Source: an uncultured Solirubrobacteraceae bacterium
GTDB taxonomy: Bacteria; Actinomycetota; Thermoleophilia; Solirubrobacterales; Solirubrobacteraceae
NCBI GenBank assembly: GCA_964588985.1
Contig: CAZPQW010000002.1
Location: 32,001 to 96,000, forward strand
Direction: 5' to 3'
DNA length: 64,000 bases
Shown: one piece after another, positions 1-8,720 of the stretch
Position numbering within the stretch: the first letter of the stretch is position 1
Layout of the letters: every line of letters starts with the position of its first letter
Position numbers and translations under genes: made by a program
The notes under the pieces: generated by a model
What the model was told of the DNA's origin: nothing
What the model saw: only the letters and a program-made list of their open reading frames with translations
The model's database searches: none

Positions 1-105
1 GAGGATCATGAACTCGCCGTCTGCGATCTCGAGCGACAGCTCGTCGACGGCGATCGCGCCGCCCGGGAACGTCTTGGTTATGTCCTCGAGCGTCACGCTG
101 GGCAT
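1..105 (-). CDS. Carbohydrate ABC transporter ATP-binding protein (5' part only, runs off the window)
   Basis: Minus strand reads MPSVTLEDITKTFPGGAIAVDELSLEIADGEFMIL, a MalK/MsiK-type N-terminus; GGAG RBS upstream of ATG at 105; follows two permeases. Confidence 0.85.
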   Translation of the reverse strand, partial: MPSVTLEDITKTFPGGAIAVDELSLEIADGEFMIL

Positions 106-124
106 GGTCTGCTCTCCTGCTCGG

Positions 125-1015
125 TCATTGCTTCACCCCGGTGAAGGCGATCGATCTGACGAACCAGCGCTGTGCGAAGAGGAAGATCGCGAGCATCGGG
201 ATCAGGCTCATCACGGTGCCGGCCATCAGCAGGTTCCATTCTGTGCTGTGCGCTCCCTGGAGCGTTGAGAGGCCGAGCTGTAGCGGCGCGTGGGAGGCGC
301 TGTCGATGATGATGAGCGGCCAGAGGAAGTCGTTCCACGACCACATGAACTGGATGATCCCGAGCGTGGCCAGGGCGGGGAGCGAGAGCGGCAGGACGAT
401 CTTGAAGAGGATCCCGAGGCGGGAGGTGCCGTCGATCCGCGCGGCCTCCTCGAGCTCGATCGGCAGCGTGCGGAAGAACTGGCGCAGCATGAAGATGCCG
501 AACGCGCTGCAGAGGTTGGGCATGATCAGGCCGCCGACGCTGTCCACGAGCCCCAGTTTCTTGACGATCAGGAACGTGGGTATGAGGATCACCTGGAAGG
601 GGACCATGAGCGTGGCGAGGAACAGCATGAACAGCAGTTCGCGCCCGAAGAAGCGGATGCGCGCGAAGGCGTAGGCGGCGAGGCTGCAGAACAGCAGGTT
701 CCCGGCGACGGTCGCCAGCGAGTACATGAGGCTGTTGAGGAAGAAGTGCCCGAACGGGACCGAGTTCCACGTGGCGGGGTAGTTGGAGAAGTGAAGCGTC
801 GAGGGAGTCAGCACCGGCGGGAAGCTGCTCGCCTGCTGCTTGGTCTCCAGCGAGAGGATCACCATCCACACGAACGGCACCAGCATGATCGCCGCGACCG
901 GCGCGAGGAAGAGATGCCAGGCGCTGAAGGGCAGGCGCGCGCGGCTCTTCCCGCGCGTGTGGGGGAGGGGCGGGAAGCGCTCGGGTGTGGCGGGGGCTAT
1001 CGAGTGGGCGGAGAT
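125..1015 (-). CDS. Carbohydrate ABC transporter permease (MalG-type)
   Basis: EAA motif ELEEAARIDG, WNDFLWPL, several TM segments; start uncertain (in-frame ATC at 1015 after GAGGAAG). Confidence 0.9.
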   Translation of the reverse strand: MSAHSIAPATPERFPPLPHTRGKSRARLPFSAWHLFLAPVAAIMLVPFVWMVILSLETKQQASSFPPVLTPSTLHFSNYPATWNSVPFGHFFLNSLMYSLATVAGNLLFCSLAAYAFARIRFFGRELLFMLFLATLMVPFQVILIPTFLIVKKLGLVDSVGGLIMPNLCSAFGIFMLRQFFRTLPIELEEAARIDGTSRLGILFKIVLPLSLPALATLGIIQFMWSWNDFLWPLIIIDSASHAPLQLGLSTLQGAHSTEWNLLMAGTVMSLIPMLAIFLFAQRWFVRSIAFTGVKQ

Positions 1016-1022
1016 GGCTTCC

Positions 1023-1964
1023 TCATGAGCTGTAGTGGACGCGTCGACGGCCGACCCAGAGCTGCAGCAGCGTGACGAGCAGGACGGCGAGGAACAGCAC
1101 GTAGGCAATCGCCGCGCCGTAGCCGGCGTTGAAGAACTGGAAGGCCTGCTGGTAGAGGTAGTAGACGATCACGGTGGTCGAGCCGAGCGGGCCGCCGCGC
1201 GTGGTGACGTAGATCTCGTCGAACAGCTGCAGCGCGTTGATCGTGGACCACACCACGAGGAACAGCGTGGCGGGGCCGAGCAGCGGCAGGACGACGCTGC
1301 GAAACGTCGACCAGCTGCTCGCACCGTCGATCTCGGCCGCCTCCAGCAGGTCGCCGGGAATCCCCTGGAGCGCGGCGAGGTAGATGATCACGTCGAACCC
1401 GAGCCAGCCCCACACGGTCATCGCGACGATGCAGTAGATCGCCTCGCTGGGGTCCTGCAGGAACTGCTGCTGGGGCAGCCCCACGAGGCTGAGGAGGTAG
1501 TTGACCAGTCCGAACGTGGGGTCGAGCAGCCACAGGAAGACGATCCCGGTGGCGACGGTGGAGGTGACGAGCGGCACGAACACCGCCAGGCGGTAGAAGC
1601 GGATGCCGCGGATCTTGCGGTTGAGCGCGACCGCGAGGCCGAGCGCCCCGATCATCGACACCGGCACGAACACGGCCGTGTAGAGGAGGGTGTGGCCGAT
1701 CGCCGAGCGGAACGCGGCGTCTTTGGACAGCGCCCGGTAGTTGGCGAGGCCCACGTAGTGCGCCGGTGCGATCAGGTTGTTGGCCTGGAACGACAGCAGC
1801 AGCGACCAGCCGATCGGGACCAGCGCGAACAGCGCGATCAGGATCAGGGCTGGGGTCACGAACGCCCAGCCGGCCACGTGCTCGGATGCGATCAGTCTCC
1901 TCGTCAGGGCCGGACGCTTCGCCTCGGCGGCCCGGCCCTGTGAGGGGTGCATACGCACGTTCAT
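1023..1964 (-). CDS. Carbohydrate ABC transporter permease (MalF-type)
   Basis: YVGLANY, LLEAAEIDGA (EAA motif), TRGGP, GYGAAIA. Confidence 0.93.
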   Translation of the reverse strand: MNVRMHPSQGRAAEAKRPALTRRLIASEHVAGWAFVTPALILIALFALVPIGWSLLLSFQANNLIAPAHYVGLANYRALSKDAAFRSAIGHTLLYTAVFVPVSMIGALGLAVALNRKIRGIRFYRLAVFVPLVTSTVATGIVFLWLLDPTFGLVNYLLSLVGLPQQQFLQDPSEAIYCIVAMTVWGWLGFDVIIYLAALQGIPGDLLEAAEIDGASSWSTFRSVVLPLLGPATLFLVVWSTINALQLFDEIYVTTRGGPLGSTTVIVYYLYQQAFQFFNAGYGAAIAYVLFLAVLLVTLLQLWVGRRRVHYSS

Positions 1965-1980
1965 CCAGCGAGCCGCCCCG

Positions 1981-3270
1981 TCATTCCGGCACGGACAGCA
2001 TCCCGTTCACCTGCTGGGCGGCCTGGCTCAGCGCCTGCTGCGGCTGAGCCTTGCCCAGCAGCACTCCCTGGACCGCCTGGCCGATGACCGTGGAGATCTT
2101 CGGGTAGAGGGTGGTGACCGGCCGCGACTGCGTTGCGTTTGCGAGGTTCTTCACCCACACCGCGATACCGGGGAACTTGCGCGTGTAGTTTGCGTACCCT
2201 GGCAGCTTGGTGACCGATTCCCTGATCGGCAGGTCCCCGGTCATGGTCGACCACTTGAGGTCCACGGCCGGGGAGGTGAGCCACTTCAGGAACTCCCACG
2301 CCGCTTTTTCGTGCGCGGCCCCGTTGTTGAACATCACCCAGTTGTCCGGCCCGGAGATCGTCTGGTGGTTGAGGTCGGCCGGCAGGATCTGCACGCCGTA
2401 GGGCACCTTCGAGGCCGCGATCGTCGCCAGATCCCAGGGCCCGGTCCACAGCATGCCGATGTGCCCTGAGGTGAACAGGCCGAGGTAGCTGTCGCTGCCG
2501 TTGTCGAGGTAGATCGAGTGATGCTGGGCGAGTGATTGCAGCAGCGTCAGCGCCTTGATGCCGGCGGTCGAGTCGAAGGCGGCGTGCTTGCCGTCGGGGG
2601 TCAGGATCGCGCCCCCCGCCTGCCAGAGCATCGCCCAGTAGCGCCAGACGGTGTCCTCGCTGGCGTCGTTGACGTAGGCCCAGCCGAACTGCTTGCTCGC
2701 CGTGTTGGTGAGCTTTATGGCGGCGTTTTCGAAGTCGCTCCACGTCCAGTTCGCGCTCGGCGGAGCGAGCCCGGCCTGGGCGAACAGCTGCTTGTTGTAG
2801 ACGAGCGCGAGGTTGTCGACGAGCGCGGGCACGCCGACGATCTTGCTCCCCACGGTGGCGACCTTGCGCTCCGAGGGCCAGAAGTCGTTCCAGTCGAAGG
2901 CGGGGTCTTCGGCGAGCTTGTTGAGCGTGACGACCTGTGGGTTGGTGGCGATGTTCGGCGCCCACGACCCGTACAGGTAGGAGATGTCGGGCGGCTTGCC
3001 GCCGGCGATCGCGGCGAGGACCTTCTGCAGCGCGTAGTCGCTGTTGCCCGAGAACTGGGCGTTGACGGTGATGTTGGGATGGGAGGCGTTGAACTCGGCG
3101 ACGAGCGTCGCGATCGATTTGGCCTCGATTTCCGTGTCGCCCTCCCATAGCGTGACCGTCACGTGACCGTTGCCGGCCGAGGTGCTGCTTGAGCTGCTGG
3201 ACCCGCCGCAGCCGCTGAAGGCCAGAGCGCCGGTGAGGAGGATCAGGAGTGTCGGGACTACGCGTTTCAT
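1981..3270 (-). CDS. Sugar ABC transporter solute-binding lipoprotein
   Basis: Lipobox LAFSGC, Ser-rich linker, LVYNKQLF and WTWSDF motifs of family 1 SBPs; GGGAGA RBS. Confidence 0.92.
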   Translation of the reverse strand: MKRVVPTLLILLTGALAFSGCGGSSSSSSTSAGNGHVTVTLWEGDTEIEAKSIATLVAEFNASHPNITVNAQFSGNSDYALQKVLAAIAGGKPPDISYLYGSWAPNIATNPQVVTLNKLAEDPAFDWNDFWPSERKVATVGSKIVGVPALVDNLALVYNKQLFAQAGLAPPSANWTWSDFENAAIKLTNTASKQFGWAYVNDASEDTVWRYWAMLWQAGGAILTPDGKHAAFDSTAGIKALTLLQSLAQHHSIYLDNGSDSYLGLFTSGHIGMLWTGPWDLATIAASKVPYGVQILPADLNHQTISGPDNWVMFNNGAAHEKAAWEFLKWLTSPAVDLKWSTMTGDLPIRESVTKLPGYANYTRKFPGIAVWVKNLANATQSRPVTTLYPKISTVIGQAVQGVLLGKAQPQQALSQAAQQVNGMLSVPE

Positions 3271-3292
3271 CGTTTCTCCCTGTGCGTCGGCG

Positions 3293-4171
3293 TTAGCCCA
3301 GCACGACGGACCTTGTCAGGTGCTGGGGGTTGTCGGGGTCCAGACCCTTCGACTCGGCGAGTGAGACCGCCGCGCGCTGCAGCGTGACGAGCTCGGCCAT
3401 CGGGTCTGCTGCGGCTTGCACGACCGTTGCGCCGGTGGCGCGCACGTCCTCGGCGAGGTTCGGATCGGGGGTGGAGAGCATCCACACGAGCGATGCCTGC
3501 CCGGCGACGCTGATGGGGCCGTGGCGGTACTCCATGGCGGGGTAGGACTCGGCCCACGCCTGTCCGGCCTCGCGGAACTTGAGCGCGGCCTCGGCGGCGA
3601 GGCCGACGGTCCAGTGGTGGCCGAGGAAGACGAAGTGCTCGAAGTCGGCGGGGTCGACGGCGAGTGGCGCGGCGAGGCCGCGCTCGGCGTCGGCGAGCGC
3701 GGGGGAGAGGTCGTGGCCTGAGTGGGCGCGCAGCAGCGCGAGCGCGGTGGTGGCGAACCGTGTCTGCACGATCGAGGTCTCGTCGGCGAAGGGCAGCACG
3801 ATCGCGTCGTCGGCTGTTTCGAGCACCGGTGTGCGGGGCACGGCGGAGACCGCGACGGTGCGGGTGTCGACGGGCAGCGCGGCGAGGCAGCGGACGACCT
3901 CGGTGGTGGTGCCGGAGCGCGAGATGGCGAGCACGGTGTCGTAGGTGCGCGCTGTGGGCATCTCGGAGGCGACGAACGCGTCGGTCTCACCGTGGCCGCT
4001 CTCCTCGCGGATGGCGGCGATGGCCTGGGCGATGAAATAGGAGGTCCCGCAGCCGACGATCGCGACGCGCTCGCCGGGGGCTGGTAGCCGCTCGGCGACG
4101 CTGGGCAGGGCCTCGATCGCCTCGCGCCAGGTCTGCGGCTGGCTGAATATCTCCCGCTCAGTGACGCTCAT
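3293..4171 (-). CDS. SIS-domain sugar-phosphate isomerase/deaminase (AgaS/GlmS-isomerase-like)
   Basis: EIFSQP, GCGTSY, SRSGTTTE, ALKFRE, EYRHGP, GLDPDNPQHLTRSVVL. Confidence 0.88.
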   Translation of the reverse strand: MSVTEREIFSQPQTWREAIEALPSVAERLPAPGERVAIVGCGTSYFIAQAIAAIREESGHGETDAFVASEMPTARTYDTVLAISRSGTTTEVVRCLAALPVDTRTVAVSAVPRTPVLETADDAIVLPFADETSIVQTRFATTALALLRAHSGHDLSPALADAERGLAAPLAVDPADFEHFVFLGHHWTVGLAAEAALKFREAGQAWAESYPAMEYRHGPISVAGQASLVWMLSTPDPNLAEDVRATGATVVQAAADPMAELVTLQRAAVSLAESKGLDPDNPQHLTRSVVLG

Positions 4172-4198
4172 TTCTGCACTATATACGCATAGATCGAT

Positions 4199-4216
4199 CA
4201 AAAAGCAACAAAAAGC
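4199..4216. promoter_or_regulatory. Tandem CAAAAAGC direct repeat (10-bp period), candidate DeoR/AgaR operator
   Basis: CAAAAAGC at 4199-4206 and 4209-4216 in the AT-rich divergent gap between the SIS gene and the DeoR gene. Confidence 0.4.
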
Positions 4217-4266
4217 CAGGATATATTTGTTCGGCTGTGTCGCTTTGCGCCTAGACTGAGCGCCAT

Positions 4267-5028
4267 ATGCACCAATCTGAGCGTCTCGGAAAGATCCTCG
4301 AGCGGCTTTCGCTCGACGGCAGCGTGAGCGTGGTGGAGCTCGCGCGCTCGCTCGATGTGTCGGCGGCGACGGTGCGCCGCGACCTGGTTGCGCTGGAGAG
4401 CCAGCGCCTGCTGGATCGCACGCACGGCGGCGCGGTGCCGCAGGGCGTCCTCTACGAGCTGCCGCTGCGCTACAAGGCCAACCGCCAGCCGGAGCAGAAG
4501 CGGCGGATCGCGCAGGAGGCGGCCAGCCGGGTGCTCGATGGGTGGGCGATAGGCCTGACGGGGGGGACGACGACGACGGAGGTGGCGCGCGCGCTGGTGG
4601 ACCGCCAGCGTCTGACGGTGGTGACGAACGCGCTGAACATCGCCTCGGAGATCGCGGTGCGCCCGAACCTGAAGCTCGTGGTGACGGGCGGCGTGGCGCG
4701 CTCGGAGTCCTACGAGCTGGTTGGTCCGATCGCGGAGAAGAGCCTCGAGGGCCTGAACCTCGACATGGCGTTCCTCGCGGTGGATGGGATCTCTTCCCGC
4801 GCGGGTTTGACGACCCACCACGAGATCGAGGCGGGTACCGACAGGGCGCTGATGGCGCGCGCGGATCAGGTGGTGGTGGTGGCCGACAGCTCGAAGATCG
4901 ACCACGTGGCGTTCGCGCGCATCTGCGAGCTCTCGGAGGTGGACGAGCTGATCACCGACGAGGGCGCTGACGCGGCGGCGGTGGCGGCGATCGAGGAGGC
5001 CGGCGTGCGGGTGACGATCGTCTCGTAG
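4267..5028 (+). CDS. DeoR/GlpR-family transcriptional regulator (AgaR-like)
   Basis: HTH VSAATVRRDL, RTHGGA, GGTTT, VVTNALNIA, ADSSK. Confidence 0.95.
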   Translation: MHQSERLGKILERLSLDGSVSVVELARSLDVSAATVRRDLVALESQRLLDRTHGGAVPQGVLYELPLRYKANRQPEQKRRIAQEAASRVLDGWAIGLTGGTTTTEVARALVDRQRLTVVTNALNIASEIAVRPNLKLVVTGGVARSESYELVGPIAEKSLEGLNLDMAFLAVDGISSRAGLTTHHEIEAGTDRALMARADQVVVVADSSKIDHVAFARICELSEVDELITDEGADAAAVAAIEEAGVRVTIVS

Positions 5029-5031
5029 ATC

Positions 5032-6333
5032 TCAGGGACGGATGCCCGGCGGCAGCAGCGCGCCGTGGGCGTCGATCAGCTCGTCGACGAGCTCGTGGAT
5101 CTGGCCGATGGTGAGCGTGGCGGCGGCGTTCGGGTCGAGCATCACGGCCTGGTAGACGTGGTCGCGCCTGCCTTCGAGGGCGGCGAGCACGGTCAGCTCG
5201 ACGACGTTCATGAACGTGCGGTTGAGCGCGGCGCACTGTGGCGGCAGCTTTCCGATAGCGATCGGGTGCACGCCGTCGCCGTCGACGCGGCAGGGGACCT
5301 CCACGCACCACCCGTCGGGCAGGTTCTCGATCAGCCCGTCGTTGCGCACGTTGCCGTACTCGATGCGCTCGGTGCCGGTGGCCATCGAGTGTATGTAGCG
5401 CGGCGCGAGCTCGCCCTCGTTCAAGACCTCGAGCGGCTCGCCGGCGGCGAGCTTGCGCTTTATCTCGGCGTACTCGTCGAGGTTCTCGTGGGAGCGGCGG
5501 ATGTACTCGTCGACGGGGATATTGTACCGCTCGATCTGATCGTCGTGGCGCATGAACCACGGCAGGTACTCGGCGGAGTGCTCGCTTGACTCGGTGGGGA
5601 AGTGCCCGAACTGGCGGTATAGCTCGACGCGCACGCGCCTGCCGAGGCCGTCGGGGTCGCGGGCGATCGCCTCGTCGAGCAGCGGGTAGAGGCTCTTGCC
5701 GTCGCGCTCGAACCTGAGCACGAACGCCTGGTGGTTGACGCCGGCGGTGAGGAAGTCGATCTCTCCGACAGGCACGTCGACGATCTCGGCGATCTGTTCG
5801 TGGGTGTTCTGCACCGAGTGGCACAGGCCGACGACGCGTGTGCTGCGCCCGCTCGCCCAGATCGCCCACGGCAGCATCGCCATCGGGTTGGTGTAGTTGA
5901 GCAGCGGCGCGTGCGGGCACACCGCGGCCATGTCGTCGGCGATGTCGAGCAGCACGGGGATGGTGCGCAGCCCGCGGAAGATGCCGCCCACGCCGAGCGT
6001 GTCGCCGATCGTCTGGCGCAGCCCGTAGCGCTTGGGGATGTCGAAGTCGCGCAGCGTGGCGTCGAAGCCTCCGACCTGGATCTCGTTGATGACGTAGTCG
6101 GCGCCGTCGAGCGCGGCGCGGCGGTCGAGGTGGGCCTCGATCCGCAGGTGGGCGCCGGTCGCGCGGTTGGTCGCGGCGGCGATCAGCTCTGCGGTGGTGA
6201 GGCGCTCGGGGTCGATGTCGTGCAGCACGACGGTCGCCTCGGCGAGCTCGGGGAACGCGATCAGGTCGGCGAGGAGGATCCTGGTGAACTCGACGCTGCC
6301 GGCGCCTATGAGGACGATACGTGGGGAGAACAT
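5032..6333 (-). CDS. Glycoside hydrolase family 4 (alpha-galactosidase/alpha-glucosidase, MelA-like)
   Basis: IGAGSVEF NAD-binding motif, QTIGDTLGVGG, NYTNPMA, GLCHSV, AGVNH, TESSEHSAEYLPWF. Confidence 0.92.
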   Translation of the reverse strand: MFSPRIVLIGAGSVEFTRILLADLIAFPELAEATVVLHDIDPERLTTAELIAAATNRATGAHLRIEAHLDRRAALDGADYVINEIQVGGFDATLRDFDIPKRYGLRQTIGDTLGVGGIFRGLRTIPVLLDIADDMAAVCPHAPLLNYTNPMAMLPWAIWASGRSTRVVGLCHSVQNTHEQIAEIVDVPVGEIDFLTAGVNHQAFVLRFERDGKSLYPLLDEAIARDPDGLGRRVRVELYRQFGHFPTESSEHSAEYLPWFMRHDDQIERYNIPVDEYIRRSHENLDEYAEIKRKLAAGEPLEVLNEGELAPRYIHSMATGTERIEYGNVRNDGLIENLPDGWCVEVPCRVDGDGVHPIAIGKLPPQCAALNRTFMNVVELTVLAALEGRRDHVYQAVMLDPNAAATLTIGQIHELVDELIDAHGALLPPGIRP

Positions 6334-6371
6334 GATCGAGATTGTTCTCTTTCCGCTAGAAATTTGCAAGA

Positions 6372-6391
6372 GTGAGCACGACTGTGAGCAC
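6372..6391. promoter_or_regulatory. GTGAGCAC direct repeat, candidate operator in divergent promoter
   Basis: GTGAGCAC at 6372-6379 and 6384-6391 between the GH4 and PfkB genes. Confidence 0.35.
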
Positions 6392-6424
6392 AATAACCGG
6401 ATCGAGCGCGATGATGTACCGACG

Positions 6425-7381
6425 ATGATCGTCTGTGTCGCAGGGAACCCCTCCGTCGACAAGCTGTTCGAGGTCGAGGAGCTGGTGCACGGAGAGATCC
6501 ACCGGCCTGACGCCTTCCTGTCGCTGCCCGGCGGCAAGGGCATCCACGTCGCGCAGGTCGCGACGGTGCTCGGCGCCGAGGCGCTCGCGACAGGGATCCT
6601 CGCCGGCCACACCGGCCGGTGGATCGCCGATACGCTCGCGGCGGAAGGCGTTCCGGCCGAGTTCGTGTGGGGCGACGGGGAGACGCGCTCGAGCCTCTCG
6701 GTCGCCGATCGCGCCACGGGACGGCTGACCGAGTTCTACGAGGACGGCATACCGCCGCGTCCGGAGGAGTGGTCGGAGCTGGTGCGGATCGTCGAGGGTC
6801 TGATGGGGCGGGCGAGCTGGCTCGCGCTGGCGGGGTCGCCGCCCGCGGTCGACGGGGAGGGTGAGAGCTACTCGAGCTTGATCGCCGCTGCGCACAGAGC
6901 GGGCGTTCCCGTCGCCGTCGACTCGCGCGGGGCGGCGCTCGCGCAGGCGCTCGAGAGCGCTCCCGAGTTGATGAAGATCAACGTCCACGAGGCCGAGGAG
7001 CTGCTCGGCCGGGCGGTCGAGGGCATCGAGCAGGCGCAAACGGCGGCGGTCGAGATTCGCTCTCGCATCGGCGGTGAGGGGCACGCGTGTGTGATCACGC
7101 TCGGCGAGCGGGGCATGGTGCTGGTCGATCCGGCCGGTGATGCTTGGCACGGCGCGGTCGCGGTGCGCGGCTCCTACCCGGTTGGCAGCGGCGACGCGTT
7201 CCTCGCGGGGCTGCTCACGGCGCTGAGCCGCGGCGACTCCTGGTCACAGGCCGCGGCCCTCGCCCTGGGAGCCGCGGCCGCGAACGCCGAGGCTCCCGGG
7301 GCGGCTCGCCTGGAGCCGGAGCGGGCGCGGGCGCTGGCTGGCCGCGCTGAGATCCGCACACTCAGTGAAGTTCCATCTTGA
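6425..7381 (+). CDS. 1-phosphofructokinase/tagatose-6-phosphate kinase family (PfkB)
   Basis: NPSVDK, GGKGIHVA, KINVHEA, TLGERG, VGSGDAFLAG. Confidence 0.9.
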   Translation: MIVCVAGNPSVDKLFEVEELVHGEIHRPDAFLSLPGGKGIHVAQVATVLGAEALATGILAGHTGRWIADTLAAEGVPAEFVWGDGETRSSLSVADRATGRLTEFYEDGIPPRPEEWSELVRIVEGLMGRASWLALAGSPPAVDGEGESYSSLIAAAHRAGVPVAVDSRGAALAQALESAPELMKINVHEAEELLGRAVEGIEQAQTAAVEIRSRIGGEGHACVITLGERGMVLVDPAGDAWHGAVAVRGSYPVGSGDAFLAGLLTALSRGDSWSQAAALALGAAAANAEAPGAARLEPERARALAGRAEIRTLSEVPS

Positions 7382-8405
7382 GCAGCTGGAGCCGGCTCCA
7401 GGGGAAGGACGCTGTGATCTGCTGGGCGCCCTTGCCTTCGAAGTATCCGCTGGCGCCGATGTACGGATTGCTCCCCGTGGGAGTCGGATCCTGCGCGTAG
7501 AACGTCACGTTCGAGGACTTGTCCCTGACGACGATCCCGTAGCGCTGCGCGGCTTCGGCCAGCATCAACGTCAACCTGGGGAGATGCAACGAAGCGAGGT
7601 TGAGCGTCGGGTCGAGGCGCAGATGCGCTCCCTCCGGCAACGACGTCGGTTCGGTGGACGTGCCGTCGGTCCGCTGCGCGGGCCAGGCAGAGACTCCGGT
7701 ACGTGGGCTCGGAACCGCCATCGCCAACGCGTGGTTGATCTGCCCCGTTGCGAGATCCTCCAAGGTGATCAACCCTCCGACGATCGGGAGTGAACAGGCG
7801 CTCGCGCCCCACAGTTCGCTGGCGCCGAGCCAAGCCGTGGGAGAGTATGCGCCCGAGCTCTGGCTCACGTTGGCCATCGCGCCACCCCAACGAGCGGTCG
7901 GACCGGTAGCCGTCCGGGCGAAAGCCCAGAACTCCCACATGCGGTCGGTCGAGGGCTGCCAGACCACCAACTGGCCATCGCCGCCTTTCGCGGGTGACGC
8001 GTTCGCTGGGAGCGGGACCGCTGTCCACGCGGCCTGCAACGGGCTGGTCAACGCGTTTGTCCTGTTGAGTGCCACCTTCACCAAAGGCTGCCGAGCGGGC
8101 ACCGTGTAGATCGGGACGGACCATGACGTGGTGTTGATGTTCACGCCTCTACCTGCCGCCATGGATTCTGCGATCTGGCGATTGAGGGCGCCGACGATTT
8201 CAGTTGAGGCGGGATCCAGCGGCACGGCGCCGGATACCACCTTGTTCCAAATGCTTCCAGCGCCGAAGAATCGGAATGGACTGGAGGATGCCTGTGCGAT
8301 AGGCGCCGACGCTGTTGCCAGGGCAAGAGCTGTGACTACCAAGATCGTGGTGCTGAAGACTGATAGGCGGGTTCGAACCGCCGACATGCGGTGCGCACGT
8401 GACAT
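7362..8405 (-). CDS. Secreted hypothetical protein
   Basis: Signal peptide (ILVVTALALATASAPIAQA), GGAG RBS, conserved-looking motifs (D..L.V..P..D..WEFW, INHAL, QRYG..V.D). Confidence 0.7.
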   Translation of the reverse strand: MSRAHRMSAVRTRLSVFSTTILVVTALALATASAPIAQASSSPFRFFGAGSIWNKVVSGAVPLDPASTEIVGALNRQIAESMAAGRGVNINTTSWSVPIYTVPARQPLVKVALNRTNALTSPLQAAWTAVPLPANASPAKGGDGQLVVWQPSTDRMWEFWAFARTATGPTARWGGAMANVSQSSGAYSPTAWLGASELWGASACSLPIVGGLITLEDLATGQINHALAMAVPSPRTGVSAWPAQRTDGTSTEPTSLPEGAHLRLDPTLNLASLHLPRLTLMLAEAAQRYGIVVRDKSSNVTFYAQDPTPTGSNPYIGASGYFEGKGAQQITASFPWSRLQLLKMELH

Positions 8406-8720
8406 GGGAACTCCTTGCATATGGCAGGTGTATGTCGGAGAAACACCTGCGGGCGGGAACTTGTGGTGCAAGTATCGTTTCGCCGCTCAAGTCAGATGAG
8501 GCGAGTTGGAGAACGCTGGACGTTTGTCACCGCCGGCGTACCGCGAAGCCGGTCGGTCAGGTCAAGGCCGCGCTGCGTTGGCTTGCGCGCAAGCGGCATG
8601 AGTCACAGCGCGTTGAACGCTGATCCAGACTGGGCACTGTGGCAGCTGGCCTCGACAGGCTCGCAGCCCATCGAGGCCAGACAGCTGTCGGCGAGTGCTG
8701 GGACTCGCCGTCCCTGCGTG

